A stretch of 64,000 nt of DNA. Source: Selaginella moellendorffii (lineage: Eukaryota > Plantae > Lycopodiophyta). The stretch covers positions 78,559-142,558 of the forward strand of contig NW_003314337.1 in NCBI RefSeq assembly GCF_000143415.4. The letters run 5' to 3'. Of the stretch, positions 1 to 13,282 are shown piece by piece. The translations under genes and the position numbers were made by a program. The notes beneath the pieces were generated by a model. It saw nothing but the letters and a program-made list of their open reading frames with translations. It ran no database searches and had not been told where the DNA came from. Position 1 is the stretch's first letter; each line of letters starts with the position of its first letter.

Positions 1-219
1 CATCCCCATCTTGGGTTAGACTCGACTCAAGGTTCAGCTACACTCCCCGTAGGCACAAATAGCGAAACACACCAAACCTCCAGGTTCCTAATATCCCTTG
101 GTACAACAAAGTTTAATCATTTAACCCTCTAAATCCCAAGCCTTGGGTGTAACACTTGCTTTAGGACACTGGGGGGAAACACTAGGGCTTAATGGCTCAG
201 TATAGGTACCTTTAATCCT
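1..219 (-). mobile_element. Diverged fragment of a family-B LTR, interrupted at 220 by a family-A element and resuming at 9507
   Basis: Similar to LTR-B 8515-8720 (gggttagact..ctacactcccc..ggtacaacaa..aaatcccaagccttgg..ggtacct). The next LTR-B sequence (cccccactt..gaagggaaggcccaag) reappears at 9507. Confidence 0.7.
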
Positions 220-1890
220 TGTAAGTGACTAATTTTTCCATTCTACTTTAGTCACTTAACTACACCTCTGACCATTTGGAGGAGTCTTATTCATAACCTC
301 CTTAAGTTTGCTTCAAGACTTGGGACTTGCTAGCCCCAAGAATGGCATCCATGCCACTCATCCTTTGCACTTGGTTCAAGTGCTCCACGTGTCTGGTCCC
401 ATGATCGACACCCCAAGGTACCACCGACATATCAGCCCGTTACGCTAAAGCCATGCCCCTTCACCTTAGTCACACTGGTGGTCTAACACCACCTACCTCA
501 CAGCCCCATCTCTCCAAGACTGGGCTATCCATCCACGAGTGGTCATCCTAGATCCATTCCTTAGCATCCTAAGGATGCCCACAAACATGGGGAATAGCCT
601 TCCCCAATATCCCTTTGTCAGTTCCTACCAAGTCCCTTTTCTATCCATGGCCATGTTCGCCAACACTGCCACTAGATCAAGGCCCGCAAGCCCAGCCACT
701 AAGTCCCATTGTCCTCTGGGACTTCCTTGTCATGTGATCGTATCCTTGGTCACTACACTAGAGGACTGCTCCTCTTCCTTTTCACCATCTAGTGAATGGA
801 GGATAACATTTTGGAACACCATGGCCCTACACGAGCCTCATGGGTACTCTTCCCATTTTCCACCTTTGGGTGCTCTAGTTGTGGGCTTAGAGCAAGGTTC
901 CATTGAGCCACGCTAGGTATCCAAGTAGGTAGTGCCACCCACATTTGGACTGGGAGCATCGGCCATTCGATCTCCCGGGGGAACTAGAGCTGGCTCTTGA
1001 ACACTTCACCAAGCTACCCCGCTTGTCGGTCTGTATTCACTCTAGCCTTGGACTTCCTAGTGGTTATCCCATCACCCAACACTTAAGTACGGCCTTTCTG
1101 GGCCAAACTAGCCTTTTCTGGCCAAACTGGCTCCACTAGAGTCCTCCCCCTACTATACTTTTGGAGCTCACCAAACCCCTCAGCGTCTGAGAGACGACCG
1201 CTTTGGGCTTTCACCGTCAGACTCAGACTCGGATTCAGACTCGGACTCGAACTCGAACTCGGGCTCGGGCTCGGTCTCGGCCTCGGCTTCAGTCTTATTC
1301 TCGGTCTCGGTCCCAGTCTTGGTCCTGGTTCCAGTCTTGGTCTCGATCTTGGTCTTGACCTCAGACTCCATGTCAGGTCCTTCTTGAACTCCATCTTGGA
1401 CTCCATCTAGGTCCATTTTGGACTCCATCTCGGGTCCATCTCGGACTCGATCTCGGTCCATCTCAGACTCCATCTTGGTCCATCTCGGACTCCATCTCAG
1501 ACTCCATCTTGGACTCCATCTCAGGTCCATCTCAGACTCCATCTCGGTCCATCTCAGACTCCATCTCTGTCCATCTCAGACTCCATTTCAGGTCCATCTC
1601 GGATTCCATCTCGGTCCATGTCGGACTCCATCTCGGACTCCATTTTAAACTCCATCTCGGGTCCATCTCGGACTCCACCATGTGTCATGTGTTGGTCCTC
1701 TTGTGTCCCTTTTTGTTTTTTAAAGACTCTCTTATTGCTCACTTCATGCTCATTCCTTGAGCACTCTATTGGGAGTCTAACTCCCACTCTCGACCTTTCA
1801 AGTTGGAGCTTTTTAGTCCAAATGAGTTACACTTGTTTGGCTTTTGCTTTGGCCACTACCACGTGGCACCCTTTTAGCTCCACTTTGGGG
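220..1890 (-). repeat. LTR-A copy (3' LTR, about 20 bp of one end lost) with GAGATG/GAGTCC repeat array
   Basis: Begins tgtaagtgactaatttttccattc. Colinear with 30277-32050. Confidence 0.85.
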
Positions 1891-2734
1891 CACTTTAGCT
1901 CCACTTTGGCACCAAGTTCCAGCTATCGTAAGTTGTGCTAGAGCTGTCCAATGCCCTATCATTTGGCTACTTTGCTGCTCCCTCTCTTGGAGCTTTCACT
2001 TTTGCCAACTTGGAGCATTTGGGAATCCATCCTTGGAAGCACACTTCCTTTCTCACAATCCGTTAGCATCCAACACATTAGTGTTCCATGCCTAACTTTG
2101 CCATTTGGATTCGTTCCAATGAACTCCATGGCCCACACTTGGCCACTAGTCCTTTGCTTTTATCCATTGATTGTTGCATTGAGCAACATAGGATCACTAC
2201 CTTCATTTTCGAGGTATCCTTTTGGTTCTACGGCAAAGGCTTTACTTTGCTAAGTCTAGAGGGTGCTCACCCCTAGTAGGTCTCTTTAGCATTTTCTGCT
2301 ATGAGCTCCGTCCACGGCCCAACTTTGCGACCCTTCCATAGGTCTCTCCTAGAGACTACTTTTTTGGACTTACTATACCATCGTATTGGCACAATTAATT
2401 TCCCTTTAGGTGTCCTTCCCACTTGGTCACCTTGACTAAGCCACACCATTATCAATAGTTCAAATCAACACTTTGAACTAGGAATCATATTCCTTAACCC
2501 AAACAAAGATTTTATCCTTGTTTAGTCACAAGATCACTTAGTGATCTCATCTCGACCCCTTAACAAGTCTACCAATAGAAACTAAGTCTTCCAGACCCTT
2601 TTAAATTGTTGGCTATAACCCCGGGGGCATCCCCCACACTTGGTGGTGTGCCCAAGCCAACCCTTCCAGCCAAGGATCTATAGCAACTGAGACTAGGTGT
2701 CCCCATCTTATTCACCACGTCCTTGATGCCCTTT

Positions 2735-4496
2735 TGTGAGACACAAAATCCCTAGGCCCCAAAGTGGAGCCAGAAGGGTGCCATGTGGTAGTATTTGAAG
2801 TGAAAGCCAAACGAGTGTAAAACGTTCAGACTAAAAACTCCGACTTGAAAGGTCGAGAGCGGGAGTGGAACTCCCAACAAAGTGTTCGAGGAATGAGCAC
2901 GAAGCGAGCAATAAGCGAGGCTCTAAAAAGGGACCCAAAAGGACCAACACATGACACGTGGAAGTGTCTGAGATGGACCGAGATGGAGTCCGAGATGGAC
3001 TTGAGATGGAGTCTGAGATGGACCCGAGATGGAGTCCAAGATGGACCCGAGATGGAGTCCGAGATGGACCCGAGATAGAGTCCGAGATGGAATCTGAGAT
3101 GGACCAAGACAGAGTCCAAGATGGAGTCCGAGATGGACCCGAGATGGAGTCCGATATGGACCAAGATGGAGTCCGAGATGGACCCGAGATGGAATCCGAG
3201 ATGGAGTCCGAGATGGAGTCCGAGATGGACCTGAGATGGAGTCCGATATGGACCAAGATGGAGTCCGAGATGAACCCGAGATGGAATCCGAGATGGAATC
3301 TGGGAAGGACCCGAGATGGAGTCCGAAGTCGAGACCAAGACTGAGACCGAGACCGAGACTGGGACCGAGACCGGGACCGGGACCGAGACCGAGACCGAGA
3401 CCAAGACTGAGACCGAGCCCAAGCCCGAGTCTGAGTCCGAGTCCGAGTCCGAGTCCAAGTCCAAGTCCGAGTCCAAGTCTGAGTCCAAGTTCGAGTCTGA
3501 GAGGGTGAAAGCCCAAAGCATTCGTCTCCTAGACCCTAGGGGGTTTGGTAAGCTTCAAAAGTATAGTAAGGGGGAGGACTGCAGTGGAGCCAGTTTGGTC
3601 AGGAAAGGCTAGTTTGGCCCAGGAAGGCTATACCCAGTGTTGGGTGATGAGCTGCCCACTAGGAAGTCCAAGACTAGAGTGAACACGGACCGACAAGCGG
3701 GGTAGCTTGGTGAAGTGTTCAAGAGCCAGCTCTAGTTCCCCCGAGAGATCGACTGGCTGATGCTCCCAATCCAAGTGTGGGTGGCACTACCTACTTGGAT
3801 ACCTGGCGTGGCTCAACGGAACCTTGCTCTAAGCCCATGGCTAGAGCACCCAAAGGTGGAAGGCGGGGAGAGTACCCACGAGGCTCGCGTAAGGCCGCAG
3901 TGTTCCGAAATGTTGCCCCAAAGTCCCAAACTGTGAAAAGGAGGAGGAGCCATCCTGTAGTGTAGAGACCAAGGATACGGTCATGTGAGGAGGTAGTCCC
4001 AGAGGACCGAGGGACTTAGTGGTCAGGCTTGTGGGCCTTGATTTAGTGGCAATGTTGGTGAACACGGCCATGGACAAAAAGGGACTTGGTGGGGACTGGA
4101 AAAGGGATATTGGGGAAAGCTAATCCCCATGTCTGTGGGCATTCTAAGAATGCTAACGAGTGGATCGGAGATGATCACTCATGGATGGATGGCCCAGTCT
4201 TTGAGAGATGGGACTGTGATGCAGGTGGTGTTAGACCACTGGTGTGACCAAGGTGAAGGGGTATGGCCTTAGCATAACAGGCTGATATGTTGATGGTACC
4301 TTGGGGTTTCGGTCATGGGATCGGACACATGGAGCACTTGGATTAAGTGCAGAGGTTGAGTGGCAGGGATATCTTTCTCGGGGCTAGCAAGCCCAAGTCC
4401 AAAATAGGACTTATGGAGGTTGTGAGTGAGACTCCTCCAAGTGGTTGGAGGTGTGGTTAAGTGACTAAAGTAGAATAGAAAAATTAGTCGCTTACA
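2735..4496 (+). mobile_element. Solo LTR-A (1762 bp)
   Basis: TGTGAGACAC...GTCGCTTACA termini and perfect 5-bp TSD CCTTT (2730-2734 and 4497-4501). Confidence 0.93.
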
Positions 4497-6334
4497 CCTT
4501 TGCAAAAAAAAATTTCAAGTTAGATATGCCGAGCTTTCATTATAAGAAATCTAACTATGCATCATGACTCTAGAGCATCCCTCGCTTGGCGGTGTGCCCA
4601 AGCCAGTCTCCTCACTGAGAGTCCATGACCACCAAAATATGAGTGTCCTCATATTCCAAACCATCACTATGCCCTAGTGATTTAGGACTCGAACCCAAGC
4701 ACTAAAGGGTTGGGACTTGAACCCAACCTCTGTATATGCATCTATAGATGGCATCTCCCTATATGCCTGGCATGATTCCCCACGCCGGTGCACCAATTTA
4801 TACCCAAAGTATGCTATGGATCACAACTTAGGAACTTAGTTCCTTTGTACTGCTAAGTCCTCTCACTTGACAAGTCTATGATCATGCATGGACTCCTCCA
4901 TGTTTGGCCTCATGGGCCACCCCTTTTGATGTTAGCACCTTCAACTAGGGTATTTATTCCCCCGACTTGCCAACCTCACTTAGCAAGTCATGTAACCACT
5001 ATAACATGGTTCATGCATAAGCGACTTTTATTCAAAGCCATCCCTTTGACCACTTGTGAACTACTTCCTCGACATTGATAACATTTCCTTATGGCAAGCT
5101 CCAAGACCACGCTTCTATTGTGCCACTCTAATTTCACACGTTCTATAAACCATTTACACTTGGTTTTCTAGGTACTAAATTACCTAGAATTGTTTTTGGG
5201 AACATTGAAGGAACTCTGTCCCTTAGCTTGCTAAGGCCTCTTCTTTCGCAAGCTTTCTAACTGCCATATAGTCTAACATAGATAATTCCATATTTGAGAC
5301 TCTCCATGGCATCACAGTTGTTAGTAACAACACGCTCAAACACCCTTTTAATTCTCCACTCCCAATTTGCATAACCACCCTTGGTTATGCCTTTCGATTA
5401 ATATGGTTTGATTCTATCCCTTTACTACTTGCTTTTGGCTTCACACGTTTCTCTCGGTTATTCTCCTCTAGTCTAAGAGGATAGCTTTGCACCTTCTACT
5501 ATGCCTTAGCAAGTATTCTTAGGGATGAACCTATCCGATAGTCTAGGGAGTGGTTCCTCAATTTGGGTATGCTCATCTTGTAATCCCACACACTAGGATT
5601 AACGTTGTTATGGGTTTTTATATGCCCATTACTAGTTTTGCCAAAATCCCTTTTTGGCTTTGTCCAATTTCGATAGATGGACTACTTCTATCTCCACAAC
5701 CTTGGACATTGAATAACACCTTCTATCCAATATTCGTTAGGGATATAGTCCATTGCACCTTATTTAATGCCCTCATGACACCAAACACCACTCCTTAGTG
5801 TTTTAGAGTGTTTGGGTGTCCCAATGATGACCTTCTTTGACAATGAGCATTCCCTTTTACGACATTGACTTACTATATCGCAACATAAGCAATTTATTCT
5901 CCATAAGGGTATATTTAACATCTTTATGTCATTAAGATGTTTTGGGTAGCTACCTTTTACCAATTTAACCAATTATTTTACACCTTTTACTTAGTTGCTT
6001 CATAGTTGTAAAATCCTACAACTCATTGATGGTGCTTCCACACCTCCATCATTATCTGGGTCACCATCCTCCAACCATATACCTTCTAGCTTAAGCTATG
6101 CCATTCCTATTTCCATTAGGATTCCTGTTTTCATGAACCTACCAACTTGACATTAAGGCATCAAGCCTTGGCATAATCGGTATCTCCACACCATCAGCTC
6201 CACGAGCCTACCTTTATGACACTTCTTATTTGTGTCTAGATCTTTGCCAATACCAATGCAGTTGTTTTTCATGCCAACTATTTGTTAGTAATACACTATA
6301 TAGTTTAGACACAACTTTATGTCAAAGTTGCTGA

Positions 6335-9300
6335 CCAAGGTACCACTGACATATCAGCCCGTTATACTAAGGCCATGCCCCTTCATCTTGGTCACACCGA
6401 TGGTTAAATAACACCTACATCACAGTCATATCTCTCAAAGACTAAGCTATCCATCCATGAGTGATCATCCCAGATCCACTCCTTAGCATCCTTAGGATGC
6501 CTGCAGACATGGAGAATAGCCTTCCCCAGTACCCCTTTTCTAGTCCTCACCAAGTCCCTTTATGTCTATGACCGTATTCACTAACACTGCCACTAGATCA
6601 TGGCCCACAGGCCCAACCACTAAGTCCTCTTGTTCTCTAGGACTTCCTTGACCGCATCCTTGGTCACTACACCAGAGGATTGCTCCTCTTCCTTTCCACC
6701 ATCCGAGACTCTGGGACAACATTTCGGAACACCGTGGCCCTATGCGACCCTCATACGTACTCTTCCCATTTTCCGCCTTTGGGTGCTCTAGCTGTGGGCT
6801 TAGAGTGAGGTTCCGTTAAGCCAACCAGGTATCCAAGTAGGTAATGCCACCCACACTTGGACTAGGAGCATCAGCCATTCGATCTTCCGAGGGAACTAGA
6901 GCAGGCTCTTGAACACTTCACCAAGCTACCCTACTTGTCAGTCCGTATTCACTCTAGCCTTAGACTTCCCAGTGCTTATTCCATCACCCAACACCTGGGT
7001 ATGGTTTTCTTGGGCCAAACTAGCCTTTCTTGGCCAAACTGGCTCTATTGGAGTCCTCCCCCTACTATACTTTTGGAGCTCACCAAACCCCCCAGGGTCT
7101 GGGAGACGAACGCTTTGGGCTTTCACCCTCGGACTCGGACTTGGACTTCGACTCGGGCTCGGGCTCCGTATTGGTCTTGGTCCCAGTCCTGGTCCTGGTT
7201 CCGGTCTGGGTCTCGATCTTGGTCTTGACCTCAGACTCCATGTCAGTTTCTTCTTGGACTCCATCTTGGTCTATCTCGGTCCATCTCGGACTCCATCTTG
7301 GGTCCATCTCAGACTCCATCTCGGGTCCATCTCGGACTCCATCTCGGGTCCCATCTCGAACTCCATCTCGGACTGCATCTTAGACTGCATCTCAAACTCC
7401 ATCTCGACTCCATCTCGGGTCCATCTAAGACTCCATCTCGGACTCTATCTCGGGTCCATCTCGGGTCCACTATCTCGGGTCCATCTCGGGTCCACTATCT
7501 CGGGTCCATCTCGGGTCCATCTCGGGTCCATCTCGGACTCCACCATATGTCATGTGTTGGTCCTCTTGTGTCCCCTTTTTTTTTAGAGACTCTCTTATTG
7601 CTCACTTCATGCTCATTTCTTGAGCACTTCATTGGGAGTCCAACTCCTGCTCTCAACCTTTCAAGTGTAAGCCACCGGTCCTTCGTTGGCCTCTGTCGTT
7701 CTCCACCAAGACTTGGCATTATCTACCAAGTATGGTTTTGCATATGGGACCTTCTCCGAGCTTGGTAATCGCAATGCTCGGAAGTAATCCTCCATATCGT
7801 AAAACCAATCCTCCAACACCTTATAGACGTTCACTCCCTTGAAGACTGGTGGGGGCTTTGGTTTGTACTTAGGAACTGCCTGAGGGATTGATTCCACTTC
7901 GGTCTGTTCAACCTTGTCTGGTTTTGCCTTAGTCCTTGCCGAAGGGTCCACACCTTCTGTGCTGCCAGCATCTATAGTCTTTCTCTTTTTCTTCCGCTTC
8001 TCGTCACACTTTAGCTTGCGTACGAGAGTCTCTAGTAGGGCATTGGTCTGCACCAATTGTCCTTCTAGAACGTCCAATCGAGCCTTGGACGACCGAACCT
8101 CGCCATCAGACTTCTGTTTGGAAGTTTCCTCACTGGAGTCCTCCTCATGTAAGGATTGCTCATCTATAGCCTTTTGTTCGACCGGAGGCTCCAGCTTTGG
8201 CGGAGGTTCCGTCTCCGCCTGGGTTCACTTATGCCCTGCCTTTGCCATCTCCCAGCAATCCGCTTCTATCTTTCACTAGAACTGAGGAAGAGGCTCTGAT
8301 ACCAAATTGTAAGCCACAAATTTTTCCTTTCCAATTTGCCAGCTTACCTCGTCTATCTGACCAACACTGCCTTGGCTTGTGCTAAGTTCCCTTGCCAAGG
8401 TCCCTGCCTATTGTACCAGCTCCTACTTGGTCCTACTTGGTTTCAACTACTCACTGCATGAGCAACAGAGCATTATCCATCCATCCACGGGTTCCCAAAT
8501 CTCTCCCAATCCCCCTCCCCGGGTTAGACTAGACTTAAGGTTTGGCTACACTCCCCACAGGCACAAGCAGCCAAGCACACCAAGCCTTCAGGTTCCTAAC
8601 ACCCCTTGGTACAACAAGACTTGATCATGGGACCCTTTAAATCCCAAGCCTTGGATGCAAAACTTGCTTCGGGACATCGGGGCGAAACACCGTGGCCTAA
8701 CGGCCCGGTATGGGTACCTCTACCCCCCCACTTCCATCCCGAAGGGAAGGCCCAAGCCCCTAGGAAGGGCGAGGATTAATGAGCCACAAGGTACTCAAGT
8801 GGGGCACCACTCCAAATGAGCCAGAAGCACCGCAATCAATTTCCCTTTCGGGAGTGGGAGCTGCTCTTGAGCACTTCTTTGGGTGGCCCCTCTGGCACCA
8901 CCCAAGCCCATGCTCACTCCCACCCAAGGCCCCTCGGCCATAGTCTCAACCTCAAGTCAGTTTGGAAGCACCACTAGAGAGTTCCTTCAAGACTGGTTTC
9001 TAGACCTCACTATCCCTACTATACTTTTGGAACCCTCTGCAGCCCCCCCCCCCCCCCCCCCCGCCCCCCCTGGGAGACACACGCTTTGGGCTTTCACCCC
9101 TTGACCCGTATTAGTATTTGGACTTAGTCTCAGATTCGATCTCGGATTCGATCTCAGACCTGACTTCGGACTCAGTCTCGGACTCGATCTTGGACTCGAT
9201 CTCAAACCCAATCTTGGCGTCGACTTCGGACTCAAACTTGGACTCGGTCTTGGACTCTATCTCAAACTCGGTCTCAGAGTTAGTCTTGGACTCGATCTTC

Positions 9301-9506
9301 GACTCGGTCCCATCCGATGAACTCTTTGTCATTTCGGTCATGCTTTTGGGGATCCTTTAGCCTACAACATCTCGGGGAGTCAGTTCCTTACATCAAGCCG
9401 GAGCTTTTTAGTCCAAACAAGTTACACTCGTTTGGCTTTCACTTCGGCCACGACCACGTGGCACCCTTTTAGCTTTACTTTAGGGCTTAGGGACTTATGT
9501 CTTGCA
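6335..9506 (-). repeat. Truncated LTR-A (6335-7665 plus 9393-9506) split by a family-B insertion
   Basis: LTR-A sequence stops at ...ctttTCAAG (7665) and resumes at TCAAGccggagct (9393), running to the LTR end ttatgtcttgca (9506). Confidence 0.85.
7666..9392 (-). mobile_element. Internally deleted family-B Ty3/Gypsy: 5' LTR (8308-9392), PBS, 5' part of gag and only the last 10 bp of the 3' LTR
   Basis: TSD TCAAG (7661-7665 and 9393-9397). PBS complement GCTCTGATACCA at 8293-8304. The gag fragment at 7676-8250 matches 41300-41880. Terminal TGTAAGCCAC is retained at 7666. Confidence 0.9.
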
Positions 9507-10965
9507 CTCCCCCACTTCTATCCTGAAGGGAAGGCCCAAGCCCCTAGGAAGGGCAAGGACCAATGAGCCGCAAGGTACTCAAGTGGGACACCACTCTATA
9601 TAAGCCGGAGTACCACAGTCAGTTTCCCTTTCAGGAGTGGGAGCTGCTCTTGAGCACTTCCTTGGGTGGCCCCTCTGGCACCACCCGAGTCCATGCTCAC
9701 TCCCACCCAAGGCCCCTAAGCCTCAGTCTCAACCTCAAGTCAGCTTGGAAGCACCAATGAAGAGTTCCTTCAAAACTGGTTCGATGACCTGTATTAGTAT
9801 TCAAACTCGGTCTCGAACTCGATCTCAGACTCAATCTCGGACCCGACCTCAGACTCTATCTCGGACTCAGTCTCAGATCCGAGATCGAGTTGAAGACCGA
9901 CTTTGAGACCGACTCCGATACAGAGACTGAGTCCGAGATCCGAGATTTGAGATCAGGTCCGAGACCGCTCAATCTCGAAATCGGTCTCAGAGTCGGTCTC
10001 GAACTCGGTATGATCTTATGAACTCTTTATCTTTTTTGTTGTGCTTTTGGGGATCCTTCAGCCTACAACACCTCAGTGAGTTGGTTCCTTACAACTCCAC
10101 CACCCATAGAAGAACTTCAATGCCCATGTTAAATGTCTCTTTTTAATCTTACAAGTTGTTGACCATGTTTCCGAGGGCATCCCCCCACTTAGCAGTGTGC
10201 CTAAGTTAGCGTCCCTGGCTAAGAGCCCATGACAACAGAATATAGGTGTCCCTATACCCCTCACTTCAACATGCCCTAGTATGGGGTTGAGACTTGAACC
10301 CATTCTTGCTTTACTAAGGGGGTGGGACTCAAACTCAACCTTTGTAGAATATATCTATGGATTCAACATCCATATAGGGAGTCCATGCTCACTCCCACCC
10401 AAGGTCCCTAAGGCCCATTTCAACCTTAAGTCAGTTCGAAAGCACCACTGGAGAGTTCCTTCAAGACTGATTCTTGGATCTCACAATCCCTACTATACTT
10501 TTGGAACCCCCTATACCCCCTCGGGAGACACATGCTTTGGGCTTTCACCCCAAGACTTGTATTAGTATTCAGACTTGATCTCAGACTTTACTTTAGACTT
10601 GGACTCGATCTTGGACTCGGTCTCAAACCTGATCTCGAACTCGGTCTTAGATTTAGTCTCTAACCTGATCTTGGATCTCCGACTCGGTCTCAAACCTGAT
10701 GTCGAAGTCGATCCCAGACTCGATCTCGGACTCGATCTCCGATCCGATCTCGGATCTCAGACTCGGTCTCGAACTCAGTCTCTGACTCGGTCTTGAACTC
10801 GGTCTTGAACTCGGTCTCAAAGTCGGTCTCGGACTCAATCATAGACTCGGTCTTGAACTCGGACTCGATCTCGTACTCGGTCTCATTCGATGAACTCTTT
10901 ATATTTTTGGTCGTGCTTTCGGGGATCCTTCAACCTACAACATGTCAGTGAGTTGGTTCCTTACA
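9507..10965 (-). mobile_element. Second deleted family-B element: rest of 3' LTR (9507-10093), PPT, 3' UTR and partial 5' LTR (~10376-10965)
   Basis: Two LTR-B ends (ggttccttaca) at 10093 and 10965. PPT complement ACTCCACCACCC at 10094-10105. 10106-10370 matches 46200-46460. Confidence 0.8.
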
Positions 10966-12367
10966 TCGGGGAGCTGGTGCTTTTGGGATTCTAGTGGACC
11001 TTTGTTTTGTAGCACAAAGGGCTTGGAGCTCAGCTCCAAATTCAGGTGTGCTACATTTGGTATCAGAGAAATTGTTTCAATGATTCCTATCCAACTTTTG
11101 TTGGATTTTCTAACTCAAGTTCTTTTCTAGTAGATCTGAAGCAACCTATGTAGGATTAGTTGGATTGCACCATCCGGTAAAAATGTTGTATGCATGTTTA
11201 GTTACTGATAGTAGCACGCATGTAGCTAGCGAGATGGTAAAAAGGAACCATGTTGATGACACTGAAACCTCTAGATGGGTGAATCAAGAGGAGGAAACTC
11301 CTGTTAAAGATGCTGTGGAAGAGGCTGAGGTTGAGTCAAAAGAGGAAGAGCTAGATGCTACAACATTGCAGTGTATGGCTCAGGAAGTTCAGATCAAGAA
11401 TTTGCGAAAGGAAGTTCACAAATTGAAGGAGAACTAGAAGAGGAAGAAAGAAGCTAGCTAAGAGGTAGCTAAACTAGCTAAAACTAGTTAAGAGGTAGCT
11501 AAACCAGTGAAACCTAAGCAACTAAACTCCTTTTTAAGTTCTGAGGATAATGAAGTTCTACTACCACCCTCAGTTGCATGAGTTTCAAAGTTCAAGCCTC
11601 CGAAAAAACCCAATTTCAGAGGCATGTAGGACTATCAGGTTTTGGAAGATTGGGTTTACGATATGGAAAACTATTTCATAGTAGCAGTCATATGTGATTG
11701 TACAAAAGTTGCATGTGCGCAATCCTTTCTCACCGATCATGCCTAAACTTTGTGCCACTAGGTATGTGCCGAAAAAGGGCAGACTAGAAGTTTGACCAAG
11801 ATGCGGTCTCATATCGGTAAGGAATACTTGTTGGATGATCTTGGTCTGAAACTTTGCACGGAGCTACTGTGGTTAAAGCAGTGAGGGGATCTTATGCATT
11901 ATGTTAATGCATTTGCTAAGAAGCACATTATGATTGCCAATATAAGTGACGAAGATGCTCAGATCAGAGTTATTTCCTGAAGGCTTTAAGTTCACTTTCT
12001 CGCAATGAGATTTTAAATTTTAAACTGAAGACATACTTGGAGTGTAAGGAAGTAGCACAACAAGTTGCCTTTAGTCACTTACTCATGGGACAATATTAAC
12101 AGCCGTATGCTAGTACCTCAGACAAGAATAAGAATTCTGGGAATAAACAAAGTGATTAGAAATAGAGGGTGGAAGGAAGATTCCACCCTTGATGTTCACA
12201 AGCAATGGTTAACAAAGGTGGTGGTGGTTGGCGACCACTAGTAGCTTGTTCTGGTCTTAGGCCCTTTATTCCTCTTCTTGGTGGGTACAACTAGTAGCAA
12301 CATGCAAAACTTGCTCCTAGTGGAATAGGTAGTGTGGGTCATTGCTTCCATTATGGAGAGTCAAGAT

Positions 12368-12389
12368 GCTCTATTTCGTTAAAGTGGGA
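12368..12389 (+). repeat. Left TIR
   Basis: gctctatttcgttaaagtggga is the exact reverse complement of 24264-24285. Confidence 0.95.
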
Positions 12390-12619
12390 TTTATTCAGTA
12401 AAATGGGATTAGGTACAAATTTTCAAGTATTTGAAAATGACGTGAAATTATATGTTTTTTGTCCAGGGGCTAGACATATCTGGGGCATGGTGACTAGCGC
12501 GGTGACTTTGTGTCCAGACTGAGTCCATCTGGTTGTATAACAAATCTCATTGTCAAGGTGAACAAGCCGAATCTGAAGCTAAAGAAGAGCGATGGCATGC
12601 GCGCACACACTATTTGTTT

Positions 12620-13282
12620 GTTCATTGAGCGTGTGGTGAGCTTTCCAAGATGAACGTCATTCTTATTAGCCAGACATATAACTTAATGGTGAGAACATTT
12701 AGATATTATTCAATGTTATCTTTTTCTAACGAATCTAATTATGAAGGTGTAGCAAGAGGCATTGCTAGTCTGGAGAAGTCATTTAACTCATTTGACCCTT
12801 AGTGTATTTTCGTGAAACTAAATAACATTCATATTATTAAGGAATTTCTCTAGTACCTTTTTTTTACGACATAGAGGCTTGCATTTCTTTCAAAGGTGAT
12901 TTAGTAAAAGGCCTGAGGGCACATGCCATTCTATTTCTCAGACCGGTATTAAGATATACTAGTGCAAAGGGAAAAAGGTATTTGGTGATCAAGTAAATGG
13001 CATGAGGGCACACTCCATTATAAGCTTAAGCGCTAGTGGACACCTCCTTTTTGGTACTCTCAGCGGTACTATCATCCTTCTCCGGGTCAGTTTTTTTGCT
13101 TTGGATTGTTGTCTCTGATGTTACTGGGGCATTCTCGATAGTTGTTAATGTTGCCGTTTGTTCAGAAAAATGATCACCTGGAGTATAGTAGGGGAGTTTG
13201 GAAGACTTATATATTCTACATCTTCACCTATCTCCTTCTTCGTCTCCTTTTCTGCCTCACTTACAGATTTTGTGCTTGCCAT
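12620..13282 (-). pseudogene. Probable small spliced gene of the transposon (charged, low-complexity protein, ~150 aa, function unknown)
   Basis: ATG 13282 (MASTKSVSEAEKETKKE...). Exons 13282-13178, 13133-13044, 12958-12944 and 12886-12857 join in frame through GT..AG phase-0 introns. The last exon is uncertain and contains TAA stops. Confidence 0.4.

Larger units (their letters stand above)
220..9506 (-). mobile_element. Family-A LTR retroelement (non-autonomous, LARD-like) carrying two nested insertions
   Basis: LTR-A sequence at both ends (220-~1890, and 6335-7665 plus 9393-9506). Internal 4720-6334 is homologous to 32690-34330, which lies behind another LTR-A. Flanks ATCCT/CTCCC are a possible decayed TSD. 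No intact gag/pol ORF seen. Confidence 0.6.

Noticed and set aside
341-357. AATGGCATCCATGCCAC in LTR-A resembling the transposon palindrome
   Set aside because: It has only a 2-bp spacer instead of 8 bp between TGGCAT and ATGCCA and occurs once per LTR, so it was treated as unrelated.
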